64,000 nt of DNA from Ostreococcus lucimarinus (Eukaryota), in assembly GCA_000092065.1 (NCBI GenBank), contig CP000583.1, one strand, 5' to 3'. Within the stretch, counting starts at the first letter, position 1. Every line of letters starts with the position of its first letter. The notes below the pieces were generated by a model. That model was not told the origin of the DNA. It saw only the letters and a program-made list of their open reading frames with translations, and did no database searches. This document shows positions 48,601 through 57,084 of this stretch, piece by piece. The position numbers were made by a program, and so were the translations under genes.

Positions 48601-51111
48601 ATGTAACGGCCTGAACCACGATACGAGTACACTTTCTAACTTGTCCTGCACTTTCGCTTTTTGCAAAGCCATCTTAAGCGCTTCGAGCGCTGAGACAGAG
48701 CAAAGACGTCGAGCGAGGTTCGGCTCGTAAGATTCTTCCATGGATTCTTCACCTTCAGAATCACTGCCTGGATCTATTTCGAAGCGATCGGCCGCCTTTT
48801 CTGACGTTGTTCGACGTGCATTTACGTCTTCCAAGTCGCGTCCGTTTAAACAATAACATCTGTGTTGGGGCGCTGGAGTCGCACCGTCCGCACCGCAGTC
48901 GCAGAAAAATCTTGACTTTCTAGAGTACGCCACTCGATGTCCCGAATGACAGGTTTTCGCGCAGTTGCTGCAGCATCCACGGCTTGCAACAAGATTACAG
49001 TCATAGCAGAAATACCAATGCTGTTCTTGAAACGACTCACCACTTGTCACGAACGTACAGAGCCCAGATGATACGTCCGTCATATCGTTCGGCTCTGCCC
49101 CGTCGTTCGTATCGTCGTGTGGTAACAGTATTCGGTCGCGCAAGCGGTCGCGATTTCCTTCATCTTGCGCGACAAGGCGCCCCCAAAGCTGTGGGAGCGT
49201 GTTACGTGCGGATTCTTCACCTGAAGGTCGGTCGACGGCGAGCGTCGCAACGGCAGCGTCAAGGACCGCATCCAAGCGCGCAAGTCGGCTTTCGAGCAGT
49301 TCATCCGATGGATTGTCATCCAGTAGATTTTCTGGCATCGCAAATAAATTTCCCAACTCGTCTTGAAGGTTCAAGGCAACGGTCCTAGCGTTCTCACTCG
49401 CAGCTTCTAAATCGTCCTCTGCCTGGTCCCGAAGTGCGAGTTGAGCGTCATTTGTCTCCGTCGGCGTGATATGAGCGGCAGCGAGCTGTTCGACGAGCGG
49501 CATCGACACCAGTTCGTGATTCGCGTTTTTCCTTTCACGCAGCACAAAGCTTACCATCCGTATGGCAGGAATAAATCTTAAAATCTTTGCATCTTCTCCG
49601 GCGAATAGTTTCGCTCGTTCCAAAGTCGCAAGAAGGCACTCCGCAATTGAAGTCGGTCCGTCGCGCTGGCAGCCTAAACCAAGTCGAATCAGCGTCAATG
49701 GGGCAGAGTCTAAAATCAATTTATTCGCTTTCGCCACCGTGAAGCGTTCATCCAATAGGAACGAATCGGGGAACTCTCCTAGAACCGTGGCGAGCAGTCC
49801 GGTCACGCACCCGTGAGATTCATCATTTACGTCGTCGTTGCTCATCATTGCTTCCAGAAATTTCACCACGGAATCTCGAACGTCTAAATCACTGCCGCAG
49901 AGTCTAATCAACACACTCTTTGCCACTGCTTTGCGAGGGAATAAAGCGAAAGATGAATCGATCTTGCGTGCATTTTCCGTGCTCGAAACAGCCACTGTGT
50001 ACAGTGCGCTCGCGAGGGCGCACGACGTTTCGCCCGACAATTCGGTCCAATCTGACGAATTGACGAAGACTGCGACGACGCCTGCGATAAACTTATACTC
50101 ATTATCCGTTAAATGCGGCCCGAGAAGCGTGCACGCCCTTTCGCATTCCAAAACGATGCGATCCGTCACGCGGATCTCTGTGTTCGTGTTAAGCGCCTCC
50201 AAGCACAACTGCGCCATCAGCCGTGGCACCTCTCCCAATCGCATCGCCGTTTTCCCGAGCTTTTGACGCAAAAGAACTGAGCATCGCTCAAGCGTTGAAC
50301 GGTACAGCTCGACGATTAAACCATCCATGGGCGAACTCACCCGCGACGTCTCGCCGCTCACGGAGAATTCCTCAACCGACTCGGAGAGCGCGTGCATGAG
50401 CGCAACCTCTTCGCTCGCCGCGAACTCGCTCACATCGCTCAACGCCCCACTTTCGCAGCGCAACCGTTCCATTATCTTCGCAGACCACCTCTCGGCGTAC
50501 GTTCGCGACGTGCACGCGCGAAGAACGTCTCCCCACCTCGCCGCGAAGTCGCCGTCTCTCCCCGCGTCGGCGCGCTCGAGCGCGAACGCCGCCATCTTCA
50601 TCGCCGTAAAGTACGCATCATAAACCGCCTGTTCATCATCTCTCAACGCCGCACTCAACGCGCTTCCGCACGCCGTGAACGTCCCCACGCACGCTTCACA
50701 AGCCTCCAACGCCGCCGCGCGTCCTCGCGTCGTCGCTCGCCCTCCCAAGACCTCGTCCAATCCGTCCCCGCGTTCGACCAGCGCCTTCAGGCAGTGCGGC
50801 GCAAGCGCGTGCGACGCCATCTTCGACGACCCACGCGACGTCTGTTTCGCCGCCCGTCGCAGCGCTCGCACGAGCTCTTCCAGCCCATCGTTCGCGTCGT
50901 CTTCCTCTTCGTTCGTCCCGATGCGCGTCGCCGTCGTCGTCCTCGTCATCATCGTCGCTTCCGCGTCCCCACCGTCGTCGTCGTCCATCGCGCGCGCGCG
51001 CGCGTCCTCGCGAGACCTCGCGTTCGCGCTCTCGCGCGTCTCGTCGTCCGTCGCCGCGCGCGCGACGCCGCGGTCGCCCGCGCGTCGCGTCGCGTCCGAA
51101 TCGGCATTCAT
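39682..51111 (-). CDS. UBR4/BIG-like giant E3 ubiquitin ligase (UBR-box plus ZZ-type zinc finger), 3809-aa single exon
   Basis: The UBR box CTFVTSGESFQEQHWYFCYDCNLVASRGCCSNCAKTCHSGHRVAYSRKSRFFCDCGADG fits the UBR consensus. The ZZ-like segment is CPRCARQVTDTKHGICTNCRENAYQCRYCRNINYEKIDAFICSECGHC. Size and armadillo-like helical composition match BIG/UBR4 (p600). ATG at 51109-51111 checked. Confidence 0.75.
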   Translation of the reverse strand: MNADSDATRRAGDRGVARAATDDETRESANARSREDARARAMDDDDGGDAEATMMTRTTTATRIGTNEEEDDANDGLEELVRALRRAAKQTSRGSSKMASHALAPHCLKALVERGDGLDEVLGGRATTRGRAAALEACEACVGTFTACGSALSAALRDDEQAVYDAYFTAMKMAAFALERADAGRDGDFAARWGDVLRACTSRTYAERWSAKIMERLRCESGALSDVSEFAASEEVALMHALSESVEEFSVSGETSRVSSPMDGLIVELYRSTLERCSVLLRQKLGKTAMRLGEVPRLMAQLCLEALNTNTEIRVTDRIVLECERACTLLGPHLTDNEYKFIAGVVAVFVNSSDWTELSGETSCALASALYTVAVSSTENARKIDSSFALFPRKAVAKSVLIRLCGSDLDVRDSVVKFLEAMMSNDDVNDESHGCVTGLLATVLGEFPDSFLLDERFTVAKANKLILDSAPLTLIRLGLGCQRDGPTSIAECLLATLERAKLFAGEDAKILRFIPAIRMVSFVLRERKNANHELVSMPLVEQLAAAHITPTETNDAQLALRDQAEDDLEAASENARTVALNLQDELGNLFAMPENLLDDNPSDELLESRLARLDAVLDAAVATLAVDRPSGEESARNTLPQLWGRLVAQDEGNRDRLRDRILLPHDDTNDGAEPNDMTDVSSGLCTFVTSGESFQEQHWYFCYDCNLVASRGCCSNCAKTCHSGHRVAYSRKSRFFCDCGADGATPAPQHRCYCLNGRDLEDVNARRTTSEKAADRFEIDPGSDSEGEESMEESYEPNLARRLCSVSALEALKMALQKAKVQDKLESVLVSWFRPLHEDDVTRVDQSLADDGLEIKVKDTDATLHVARNFKAGSFEVGPVPSKAQVQELLLSGVIVRNTAACSRDGHLAIAEGDKLSILDANIVVGAQPTNSENKAVRLGDKVGIRPLSRNLIGFEVMKVQFNHMNKDYLAVVGLHEVQICTLGRGGEILDRLRLGTPAGEHDFELIIDASWVSNSTYLFSITGQHSTSVYDLSCDAYTPVCTISTSPACITSSAWFASALRGHVCNAMTTSESDVHVQEVRMKQANEIVQLTESSKIDIQNTNGAQAVMHSETHDVIIVSTNDGEVIISCVERNEENKVTVAMLNKAKLNDSHHSFRVSDFCLPNKPGPDATLQIPAQVFVSTDSMGDSAALLVFDGLEASIISIPPSSASVVGHVGYQKTGSGEFPSALIILRSDGSMQINSYEAVKSSPTPKSQFLEARTEEVSTSVTRFPYDFFEKLAKVTSNVDFGGSFNRGSLPAALRGVLQSDDGYIESANSDDAHLTLELGGGDLRVIRGVRIHVGGMTVQSHAPSKLILPGGRVVKFERESKRWYDVPFTCSESNTIKSSTQPLKLKFVAESVNQLCIRIDRMEVYACNEDVFEADMKVERDSETQAIDDALASHVSRARRHLVRQKDSEITDSSAWLSGTTSIIQALRHCELDLKSSKLRVCYESMLRKRQFVTLETPAHRSAKFIAWKVLSVHTRDNTLTAVNIKDNSTLLFGHKVAERICPRILKRPMSVSDDDLFEFYCAMRKLGRLAIRRPNALLDSSPYLATLANSATAMLHVGAGAWDADEIVPHIVHALIAVLTHERDANLVESVLKLIKSDREDVRAAASDTLLWHLTTISGNERLNLDQARCIFVPNPAFKRDKCAKANGIRDLVSAIMQLNDDVLYRSQATLVRSLSEAYSECLNPDLCKLPPLRGDILEYDAITWRLAIAAECSQLQEITTKDAREAFLHSYALTCELLRRIDSYDKEEMPAEKGYGALLQQQVPMKNVRDVAINALDSTILHASANARKLDLSTLPAREKSEWLQVLARVSALTPECPSENAISMIKQLAGDEEGEVALLVRAGELLNLAPVLRKLVSGNFTSHWYVDEVAYDELMEVKDAIFKVTQVAKACRKSLRYFLEHVDFAVELVAALMEAVPQLPAAFATSVCDLISHIIESYRDCDENDHHRRTSIMREIVQHLDVVVNKCGLLAVESDTRTAATRILKAMWYSCETYRDDVMRVLMVLMESMRNYGHRANELLEFTKSIVMTDTDAIAMFETSIEKFCQGVKDTLLRVSDHPRADLYRALQQRQLLQSDASDKYWLESEPSMRDVTSYIACHEFTDHTLDSLKKSQAFTKNSAMTKLRESMTIQSISMNVTELKRYIHVKEVEVWRTDANKDISSMRTFDSSRWQLLGTLKFSASAHIAELEFEIPVDASALNFVFKSFHESVQAKMMTMLHCPRCARQVTDTKHGICTNCRENAYQCRYCRNINYEKIDAFICSECGHCRYAKIQTTLSAHPTLCTRYPKLLSSDDLANAVEELKLQTESIKRVTDCIESTESSLRRVLFEQGEGSGDVEHMFKVVGRGRRMEFIAANYKCGAIHDAILRFLSKASSEDETDLRNVSGNYGVCCDYLNCALKLCTSLSRTPLGVKALSQGDIHRHLFNRMLNPRITNLTVCNTVRTVLSNMAAGSDEVAKFLCEAAFERASDSLLQVNAWHGTMISQSNQDILLLKDLVHASTYRLEAGTALTPGGERSALISLACTTLNSEQLSSNAVLVENTLLPALDLVKQAMTNSSILQEIVAAAKVLDNYSIADMKESANMSGLIPILVSALHCGSKFVRREVLQIFGLVLRQDDEMNVEVGSLLIDSIKSIEQESYADYLSALSLTLRSESIIMKLNDTRKLVDILLSILQKELDIGCKFTASDKALFASTNVDIGSGLHAISMLLRDTFKESTKFMKEFNKTGLETLVRSVLCARTLQICQMPSAVNAAETFDELLSFCLESSESMQQEVAKICVKIARAHVRPQVDKTRLPLCIILNELAMLVLPRAPPSKVYLLRLLKSASQEEFIPGTMARNPYSTAQMSAQPLMRDVKNLICHELEMLGLLEDDFGMELLVSNQIISLDLSVEDVFERIWIPSLFNGTQRRQNVSPNDPIGPPMAVTFRLSGLDGEATEERVDELAPVQEEDEDIETKFAGTNVFQEDVGFKTLIQLLPKIRHNSSALYAGGEDASAKLLEILRSACYVKKNRQHMLAIGALASLLDEAARAFTENSRSGKGLLLVIETLLREEQEDTSHGSMSELKASASTSSMLARELEESSETAHRPGSPRLQKSSSSLQTIAIAVREHEMNHVEIFLSQLKQLIRARERHEADILARVIPRLAGSTVESKAIMAKNFDASIRKLVRLDEMSEEDSQHGALQLELECATRLAEAIPRDFSGQRVLEAIWSQGTVSFITNYIEAEAFGAEMSQDRGSDAWNKAMKRSGLPLALELLNGITLGYTLDVTKHPTLLDLLHKLESVTERDIGTLAENCLETFASGSELVQKHLDNLRAETKEANRRKALAKRQQMLTEMGMTVVKNSSSPGASTIGVSHSPRSLRGYDSMAMESEQDSIVCRVCFEGYVLKPNELLGIYCFNKLASTPSANGDMSQTVCTVSHFNAIHFSCHQSAKRADVALRTPKREWEGAALRNSETLCNNLLPVMGNMVTDASYAAAVDAWWQNCFSVGAFISPPTRARQVAWDVSLLLGRFAMGASFSADCRGGGKDSNMSLLPHLVRLLVHQVSLCPQKGLEEYNAVLARLSCEDEIWNDREFSFSPLLPAALVLSLAVWSHDQWEASRRNALIAILRHTKKYECARIATYPASVDVSASVPWEQLNELDRYAKLKPMLIYFGLVNKMFEWFKPKRRPDLGNAVTIGKAPASTTTGSPEAVTLNERLHDIPSMISGAKDTLEWLDEAMDAEDAQELLDVCEILSDAMCPTVNDFILEALRAEC

Positions 51112-51592
51112 CTCGCGTCGCGTCGCGCGCGCGTCGTCGTCGTCGCTCGCGTTCGCTCGCGTCGCGCGCGTCTCGCGCGTCTCGCGTCGCGTCGCTCGCG
51201 CGCGCGTCGCGGCGTCGCGATGCGCGGCGCGCGCGTCGCGGCGTCGCCGACGGACGACGGCGGTTACGCCGCGTCACCGGACTGTTTGCCTGTGCGGACA
51301 GACGGATATGGACATACAGTGCGCCGACTGTTTCGCGCGCGCGTCCGCGACGTCCGCGACGCGGGCGCGACGCAGACGTCGGCGCGCGCGCGCGGGGTCG
51401 CACCGTCGCGCGAACGCGCGCGCGGTTTTATCCGCATCGGTTCGCGCGCGCGCGGCGCGCGAAGGCGCGTCGCAGAGGCGCGGAGACGGCGATCGCCGTC
51501 GCCCGCGCGGGACGCGCATCGCGCGGCGCGAACGAAGCGACGACGCCGGCGACGACGCGATCTCGACGGACGCGCGCGCGGAAGCGCGAACG

Positions 51593-53440
51593 ATGGATGC
51601 GACTGCGGTGACACCGCCGACGCGGTCGAGGTCGCCGCCGACGCCGCCGAGCGCGAGCGGGGGAGGGAAGGGAGGGACGGCGGGCGGCGCCGCGGCGCCG
51701 GCGAGCGCGAAGCGAGCGAAGCGAGTCGACGGGCTCGGTGTCGATGCGCTCGGGAACGCGCCGGACGTGGATGAACGAGGAGAGTTGATGTTTGGATGCG
51801 AAAAGTGTGGGTTCGAGCCGGACGGGTGCGAGGCGTGTTTGGGCGGACCGCCGATTCGGAGCGCGTGCGCGTGGGACGAAGCGCGCGCGAGGGACGTGCC
51901 GCCTGTGAAGACGTACAGACCGACGGAGCAGGAGTGGGCGGGCGATCCTTTGGAGTACATAAATTCCATTCGTCCAGAGGCGGAGAAATATGGGGTGTGT
52001 AACATCATTCCCCCGGCGAGTTGGCAGCCCGAGTTTTGCTTGCCTGGGAAGGAAAAGTTGCGGTTTCGGACGAGAATACAGGCGTTGAACGAGTTGCAGA
52101 ATCGACCCGCGGGGCCGAGCGCGAGGGCGCGAGCGAAGATGCTCGAAGAAGAGAAGAACGGGGTCAAATCGACGAAGAATCAGGGCGTGGCGTCGGGTGG
52201 ACGCATGAGCGGCGGACGCATGGGCGCCTCGGCGCAAGCCGACGCGGACGCCGTAGCGGAAAAGTATGGCTTCCAACAAGGACAACGACACAATTTGGCG
52301 ACTTTGGAGCGATACTCGAAATATTTCAAGCGAAAATACTTCAGCAAAAATGGAAAACCGGTGGAGAACGTGACGGTGAAAGATATGGAAGGGGAATTTT
52401 GGCGTCTCATCGAGGACAACAAGGGGCGAAGCGTCGAGGTGATTTACGGCGCCGACATCGCCACCATGGACGTCGGAAGTGGATTCGCAAAGAAAGGTAG
52501 CGCGTCGTGTCCGCCTGGGCAAGAGCGTTACGCTGAAAGTCCGTGGAACGTGTGCAACATGCCGTACAATTCAGAAAGCTGTTTGAGTCACGTCGAGGCG
52601 ACCACGGGCATCACCGTGCCTTGGTTGTACTTTGGCATGACGATGTCCGCGTTTTGCTGGCACGTCGAAGATCACAACTTTTACAGCGTCAACTATCACC
52701 ACTTTGGCGCACCGAAGGTTTGGTATTCCATTCCCGCCACGCACTCAAAACAGTTTGAAGAGGTGATGCGCAAGCGTTTGCCGCATTTATTTCAATCGCA
52801 ACCAGACTTGCTCCACAGCTTGGTCACCATCTTGTCCCCGAAAGTGCTGCAAGACGAAGGAATTCCCGTGTATCGCGTGGAACAACACCCGCGAAGTTAC
52901 ATTATCACTTTCCCGTACGCGTACCACGCTGGGTTCAACACAGGTTTCAATTGCGCCGAGGCAGTCAACTTTGCACCAATAGACTGGTTACCCTTTGGCG
53001 TCGGCGCCACGGAGCGTTACGTGAGCGATAAGCGATATCAATCCGTGGCACACGACCAGCTATTATCTACTCTCACGGAGAGCGCACATAAGCACCCGCG
53101 GTTCCCTCCGGTTCTTGCCGAGGTAATGCGAGTGCGAGTCAAGGAAGAAGACGAACGTCGCACCGCGGCAAAGAGATCCGTCGCGCACGAAGTTCGCATG
53201 AAAAACACCACAGAAGCGCCAGACTTTAACGAACGCGATTGTACGACATGTTTGGCCGATTTGAACTGGTCCTGTGTCACGTGCGCGTGCACGTTCGCGA
53301 AGAGTCGCGGTTACGCCTACTGCCTGCGGTGCGTCAAAGCGTGCGAGTGCGAGGCAGAAAAACGCACGCTCTTCTTTAGGAACACGCTCGACGAACTACG
53401 CGAAAAGGTTCGCACGCTCGAAAATCTAGCAAGCATGTAA
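51593..53440 (+). CDS. JmjN/JmjC histone lysine demethylase with C5HC2 zinc finger (JMJ14/KDM5-type, no ARID seen)
   Basis: JmjN: VPPVKTYRPTEQEWAGDPLEYINSIRPEAEKYGVCNIIPPASWQP. JmjC: WLYFGMTMSAFCWHVEDHNFYSVNYHHFGAPKVWYSIP...FPYAYHAGFNTGFNCAEAVNFA. Cys-rich C-terminus. ATG at 51593 (MDATAVTPPTRSR...) is in frame within track ORF 50675..53440, whose 5' part is antisense to the BIG gene. Confidence 0.8.
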   Translation: MDATAVTPPTRSRSPPTPPSASGGGKGGTAGGAAAPASAKRAKRVDGLGVDALGNAPDVDERGELMFGCEKCGFEPDGCEACLGGPPIRSACAWDEARARDVPPVKTYRPTEQEWAGDPLEYINSIRPEAEKYGVCNIIPPASWQPEFCLPGKEKLRFRTRIQALNELQNRPAGPSARARAKMLEEEKNGVKSTKNQGVASGGRMSGGRMGASAQADADAVAEKYGFQQGQRHNLATLERYSKYFKRKYFSKNGKPVENVTVKDMEGEFWRLIEDNKGRSVEVIYGADIATMDVGSGFAKKGSASCPPGQERYAESPWNVCNMPYNSESCLSHVEATTGITVPWLYFGMTMSAFCWHVEDHNFYSVNYHHFGAPKVWYSIPATHSKQFEEVMRKRLPHLFQSQPDLLHSLVTILSPKVLQDEGIPVYRVEQHPRSYIITFPYAYHAGFNTGFNCAEAVNFAPIDWLPFGVGATERYVSDKRYQSVAHDQLLSTLTESAHKHPRFPPVLAEVMRVRVKEEDERRTAAKRSVAHEVRMKNTTEAPDFNERDCTTCLADLNWSCVTCACTFAKSRGYAYCLRCVKACECEAEKRTLFFRNTLDELREKVRTLENLASM

Positions 53441-53483
53441 ACGACATGTGTGTAATGTACAATTGTGCTAATGTACGGCTATA

Positions 53484-54368
53484 CTACCAACCATCTGAAG
53501 TTAAATCGCCGCTCATACTGGCCTCGACTTGTCGCAGCGTTCCGTTATCATACAAAATCATATCGTGGCGGCTTTGCACGCTCAACAGCAAACCAGGCTG
53601 CCCACCGAGCACCTTAGTCAACGTTTCGTCGTCCGTTACGCTCAGCTTTTCCTTCAACGCCTCGATGTTCTCTCGAAAGTCGCGAACGTCCCACAGCTCT
53701 GGGAAATCCGAAAGAATCTTGTCCCATCGCAAGCGCGGCGCGCACGCGCGCAAATCACTGATCTTCTTTTGCAGCTCATCCGCATCAGCGAGCAATAAAC
53801 TCGGCCTCGCCGCGACCATCCTTTCCAAATTCGCCTCTGGTAAGATGTCTTTCAATCGAATCATCGCCAAAGCCACGTCTGGCACGCGCGCCGCCAGCCG
53901 CGTCACGTCCGCGATCCTAATGTCCCCCATCCGCCCCTCCAGCCCCGGCACGAGCGTAAACAACTGCGCCAGCCGCTTCCCAACCTCATCCTCGTCGATT
54001 CCGAGCTCATCGCTCACCGTCATCACGCAAAACCGCATCTTCCCGGCGTCGTCCCAGCCCGGCTGTTCGCTGATGTTCTCCGAAGCCTCCTCCTCTCCCA
54101 CGATGTCCCCCAATTCGTTCACCAAGTGCGCCTTACGCTTCGACTTATACGTCCCGACGTTCCACGTCCCATCCGCGAGCTCACGCAGCGCGCCGATCGC
54201 GTCCTCGGTGACTCGCTCGCCCTCCGTCGCCCGCGCGGTGGCGCGTTCGCGTCCCGAACCACACCATCGCGCGCGCGCGCGTCGCGCCGTCGTCGTCGTC
54301 GTCGTCGTCAGCGCGCGCGTCATCGTCGACGCCGACGGACTCGCGGTCGTTCGCACCACCAACGCCAT
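53484..54368 (-). CDS. mTERF-like repeat protein with organellar targeting-peptide-like N-terminus
   Basis: ATG 54368 (MALVVRTTASPSASTMTRALTTTTTTTARRARARW...). The body has about 30-aa helical repeats resembling mTERF motifs (LAARVPDVALAMIRLKDILPEANLERMVAARPSLLL..., ILSDFPELWDVRDFRENIEALKEKLSVTDDETLTKVLGGQPGLLLS). Family call made from memory. Confidence 0.4.
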   Translation of the reverse strand: MALVVRTTASPSASTMTRALTTTTTTTARRARARWCGSGRERATARATEGERVTEDAIGALRELADGTWNVGTYKSKRKAHLVNELGDIVGEEEASENISEQPGWDDAGKMRFCVMTVSDELGIDEDEVGKRLAQLFTLVPGLEGRMGDIRIADVTRLAARVPDVALAMIRLKDILPEANLERMVAARPSLLLADADELQKKISDLRACAPRLRWDKILSDFPELWDVRDFRENIEALKEKLSVTDDETLTKVLGGQPGLLLSVQSRHDMILYDNGTLRQVEASMSGDLTSDGW

Positions 54369-54566
54369 CGTCGTCGTCGTCGTCGTCGCGCGTCGTCGTG
54401 CGTCGTCGCGCGTCGTCGCGCGTCGCCGTCGCCGCGTCGCCGTAGGCGCCGCGCGCGGTGTGATTATCGACGAATCGCGAATGCGCGGTGCGCGCGGTCT
54501 GCGCGGCACACCGCGCCGACGCCGCGACTCGACCGATCGACCGAGCGAGCGACCGAGACATAAACC

Positions 54567-56253
54567 ATGGGCGTGTGTGGATCATCGCCCGCGGTGCCGG
54601 TGCGTCGCGCGACGCGAACGCGAACGACGCGAACGACGCGTGTGGAATAATCGTGGCGTCGAATTGCCACGTTGAATTCCCGCGCGCGATCGAGCGCGCG
54701 ACCGCGATGGGAACGCGCGATGAGGCGATGAGAACGGTGATAGGGGCGTGAAGAGCGAGACGTGAATCGAGACTGACCGCGCGCGTGATCGTTGACGCGT
54801 TTCGCGCGAGTAGTATGAGGAAACGAATAAGCGGACGGGGAAGCAGAATCCCGTGGGGAAAACCGCGCGACCGTCGAGCGTGCTCGGACGGGAAACGCCG
54901 GATGTGAATGATTTATTTGAGTTCCACGAAGAACTTGGACGCGGTCAGTTCGGGACGACGTTCTTGGTGACAGAAAAGGCGACCGGTCGTAAGTGCGCGT
55001 GCAAGGCTATCTCTAAGCGTCAATTGTCGAACGCCGAGGACATTGAAGAGGTGAGAAATGAAGTGAGAATTCTTCATCACCTCGCCGGTCACGAGCACGT
55101 CGTCGAACTCGTCGGTGCGTATGAAGGAAGCAAGCACGTGTACATCGTCATGGAACTCTTGTCCGGCGGCGAATTGTTCGATCGCATTGTTGAAAAGGGC
55201 AAGTACAGTGAAAAGGACGCGTCCGAGACGGTGCGCACCATCGTTGAAACTGTTCAATACTGCCACGAGTTGAGCGTCATGCACCGTGATTTGAAGCCTG
55301 AAAATTTTGTCTTGAAGAATAAGGATAAGAATTCTCCGGTCTGCGCTATCGATTTCGGTTTATCTACGTTCTTCCGCGAGAACCAAGTCTTCATGGATCT
55401 TGTCGGGAGCCCGTACTACGTTGCGCCGGAAGTATTGCGTCGTCGATACTCAAACGAATCCGACGTCTGGTCATGCGGTATCATCCTTTACATTCTCTTG
55501 TCTGGTGTCCCGCCGTTCTGGGCTCAAACCGAGCAAGGAATTTTCGACGCCATCTTGCAAGGCGCACTGGATCTCGAGAGCGACCCATGGCCGAAGATCA
55601 GTGCGGAGGCGAAAGAACTCATCTCTGGCATGCTCCAAGCGGACCCGAAGAAGCGCCTGACGGCGGCTCAAGTGTTGAAACACCCGTGGGTGGCTGATCC
55701 GAACGTTGCGCCGAAGACAAAGCTAGACAACGTCGTGTTCAAGCGGTTCAAGAACTTTGCTGGTATTTCCAAGTTCAAGAGGATGGGTTTGATGGCGATG
55801 GCTCGCACCATGACTGCGGACGAAGTCGCTGGCTTGAGAGAACTCTTCAAGAGCTTCGATACCGACAACTCTGGTACGATTTCCATCGACGAACTTCGCC
55901 AAGGCTTGAAACTCAAGTCTGCGGGTCCCGCAATGGAGGAACTCCGCACACTCATGAAGACTATTGACGTCGATGGCAGCGGCGAACTTGACTACGAAGA
56001 GTTCATTGCCGCTACGCTCGCGCAATCGAGACAAGCGTCCGACGCCGCTGTGAGACGCGCTTTTGATTACTTTGATACCGATGGGGATGGTTCCATCACG
56101 GTGCAAGAATTTGAACAAGCCTTCAAAAAGATGTCTGATGTTGAGCGTGCCAACTTGGGAGACATTGGCGAGTTGATTGCCAGCGCCGACACTGACGGTG
56201 ATGGTTGCATCGATTTCAACGAGTTTATGGCTATGATGAAAGCGGACAAGTAG
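54567..56253 (+). CDS. CDPK: calcium-dependent protein kinase (CDPK: Ser/Thr kinase, autoinhibitory junction, four EF-hands); probable exons 54567..54599 and about 54847..56253
   Basis: Kinase domain LGRGQFGTTFLV...HRDLKPENF...DFGLS...SPYYVAPE. Four EF-hand loops (DTDNSGTISIDE, DVDGSGELDYEE, DTDGDGSITVQE, DTDGDGCIDFNE). Track ORF 54853.. starts on GTG, with an in-frame stop at 54811 and no ATG between them. An upstream micro-exon ATG 54567 (MGVCGSSPAVP) ends at donor GTGCGT (54600). It carries a classic N-myristoylation/palmitoylation motif. The acceptor is one of several in-frame AGs between 54813 and 54846, the best being gcag|AAT at 54843-54846. Confidence 0.85.
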
Positions 56254-56459
56254 GCTGCGCGCGCTTCGCTGGGCCGTATTTAATACTGCCGGTACTTTAT
56301 TTTCAATCTCTCGTTTTTCATATAATTAACAAGAAGGTAACGTAAATGAGAAACGAAGCGCTCCGCGCTCGTCGCTCGCAACCAACGCGCAAACATTTGC
56401 CATCGCGTACTATCGTAGACGAACGGCGACGAAACCATCGTAACAGAAGGCGCGACTGA

Positions 56460-57057
56460 TTAAACGCCCACCTTGACGAGCTCCATCTCGAAAATGAGCA
56501 CGGAGTCCGGCTTGATGAGCGGCGTAGGGGATGATTTACCGTACGCCAGCTCGGACGGAATTACGAGTTCCCACTTATCGCCCTCCTTCATGAGCTGCAT
56601 CGCCTCGGTCCAGCCACTGATGACTTGATTCGGCGCGAACGTCGTCGGTTGACCGCGCTTGTACGACGAATCAAACTCCTCGCCCTGGATATTCTTCCCA
56701 GAGTAGTGACACGAGCACGGCGTCGACTTCGAGGGCGAGGGCCCACCCTCCGGTCCAGATTTCAAAACGCGATACTGCAACCCCGACGGCAGCTCGACCA
56801 CGCCCGGTTTCAACTTATTGGCCTGCGTCGCGCGACGAACCATCGTCGTCAGTCCACATCGCGTCGTCGGACGCGTCCGGTTCGTCGAGTCATCGAACCA
56901 TCCCATCATCGCGCGCGCGCATTCGTTCGCCGCGCACCGCGAGAAACGCCGCGCCGTCGCTCTTCGCGTCCGCCATGCCGCCGACGAACGCGCAACCGAT
57001 CAACGCGATCACCGCCAGGACGAGCGCGAGCGTCGTCGATCGTCGCCCGCGAGCCAT
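56460..57057 (-). CDS. FKBP-type peptidyl-prolyl isomerase, Mip/FkpA-like, with signal peptide; two exons: 56938..57057 and 56460..56822
   Basis: Exon 1 is ATG 57057 (MARGRRSTTLALVLAVIALIGCAFVGGMADAKSDGAAFLA), a signal peptide ending at donor GTGCGC. Exon 2, after acceptor CAG, is ANKLKPGVVELPSGLQYRVLKSG...FKBP domain (FDSSYKRGQPTTF...VISGWTEAMQLMKEGDKWELVIPSELAYG...LIFEMELVKV). The junction ...AAFLA|ANKLKPGVVELPSGLQY reproduces the Mip/FkpA linker FLxxNKxKPGVxxLPSGLQYKV. Track ORF 56460..56909 begins on an internal ATG-ATG. Exon 2 coordinates are derived from the ORF frame and may be off by one. Confidence 0.8.
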
Positions 57058-57084
57058 CGCGGAGTGCGGATTCGCCGATCGCGC

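Noticed and set aside
50675-51592. N-terminal 306 codons of track ORF 50675..53440 upstream of the JmjC demethylase
   Set aside because: This segment is antisense to the 5' end of the BIG gene and then GC-rich spacer. The JmjN domain begins only after the in-frame ATG at 51593.
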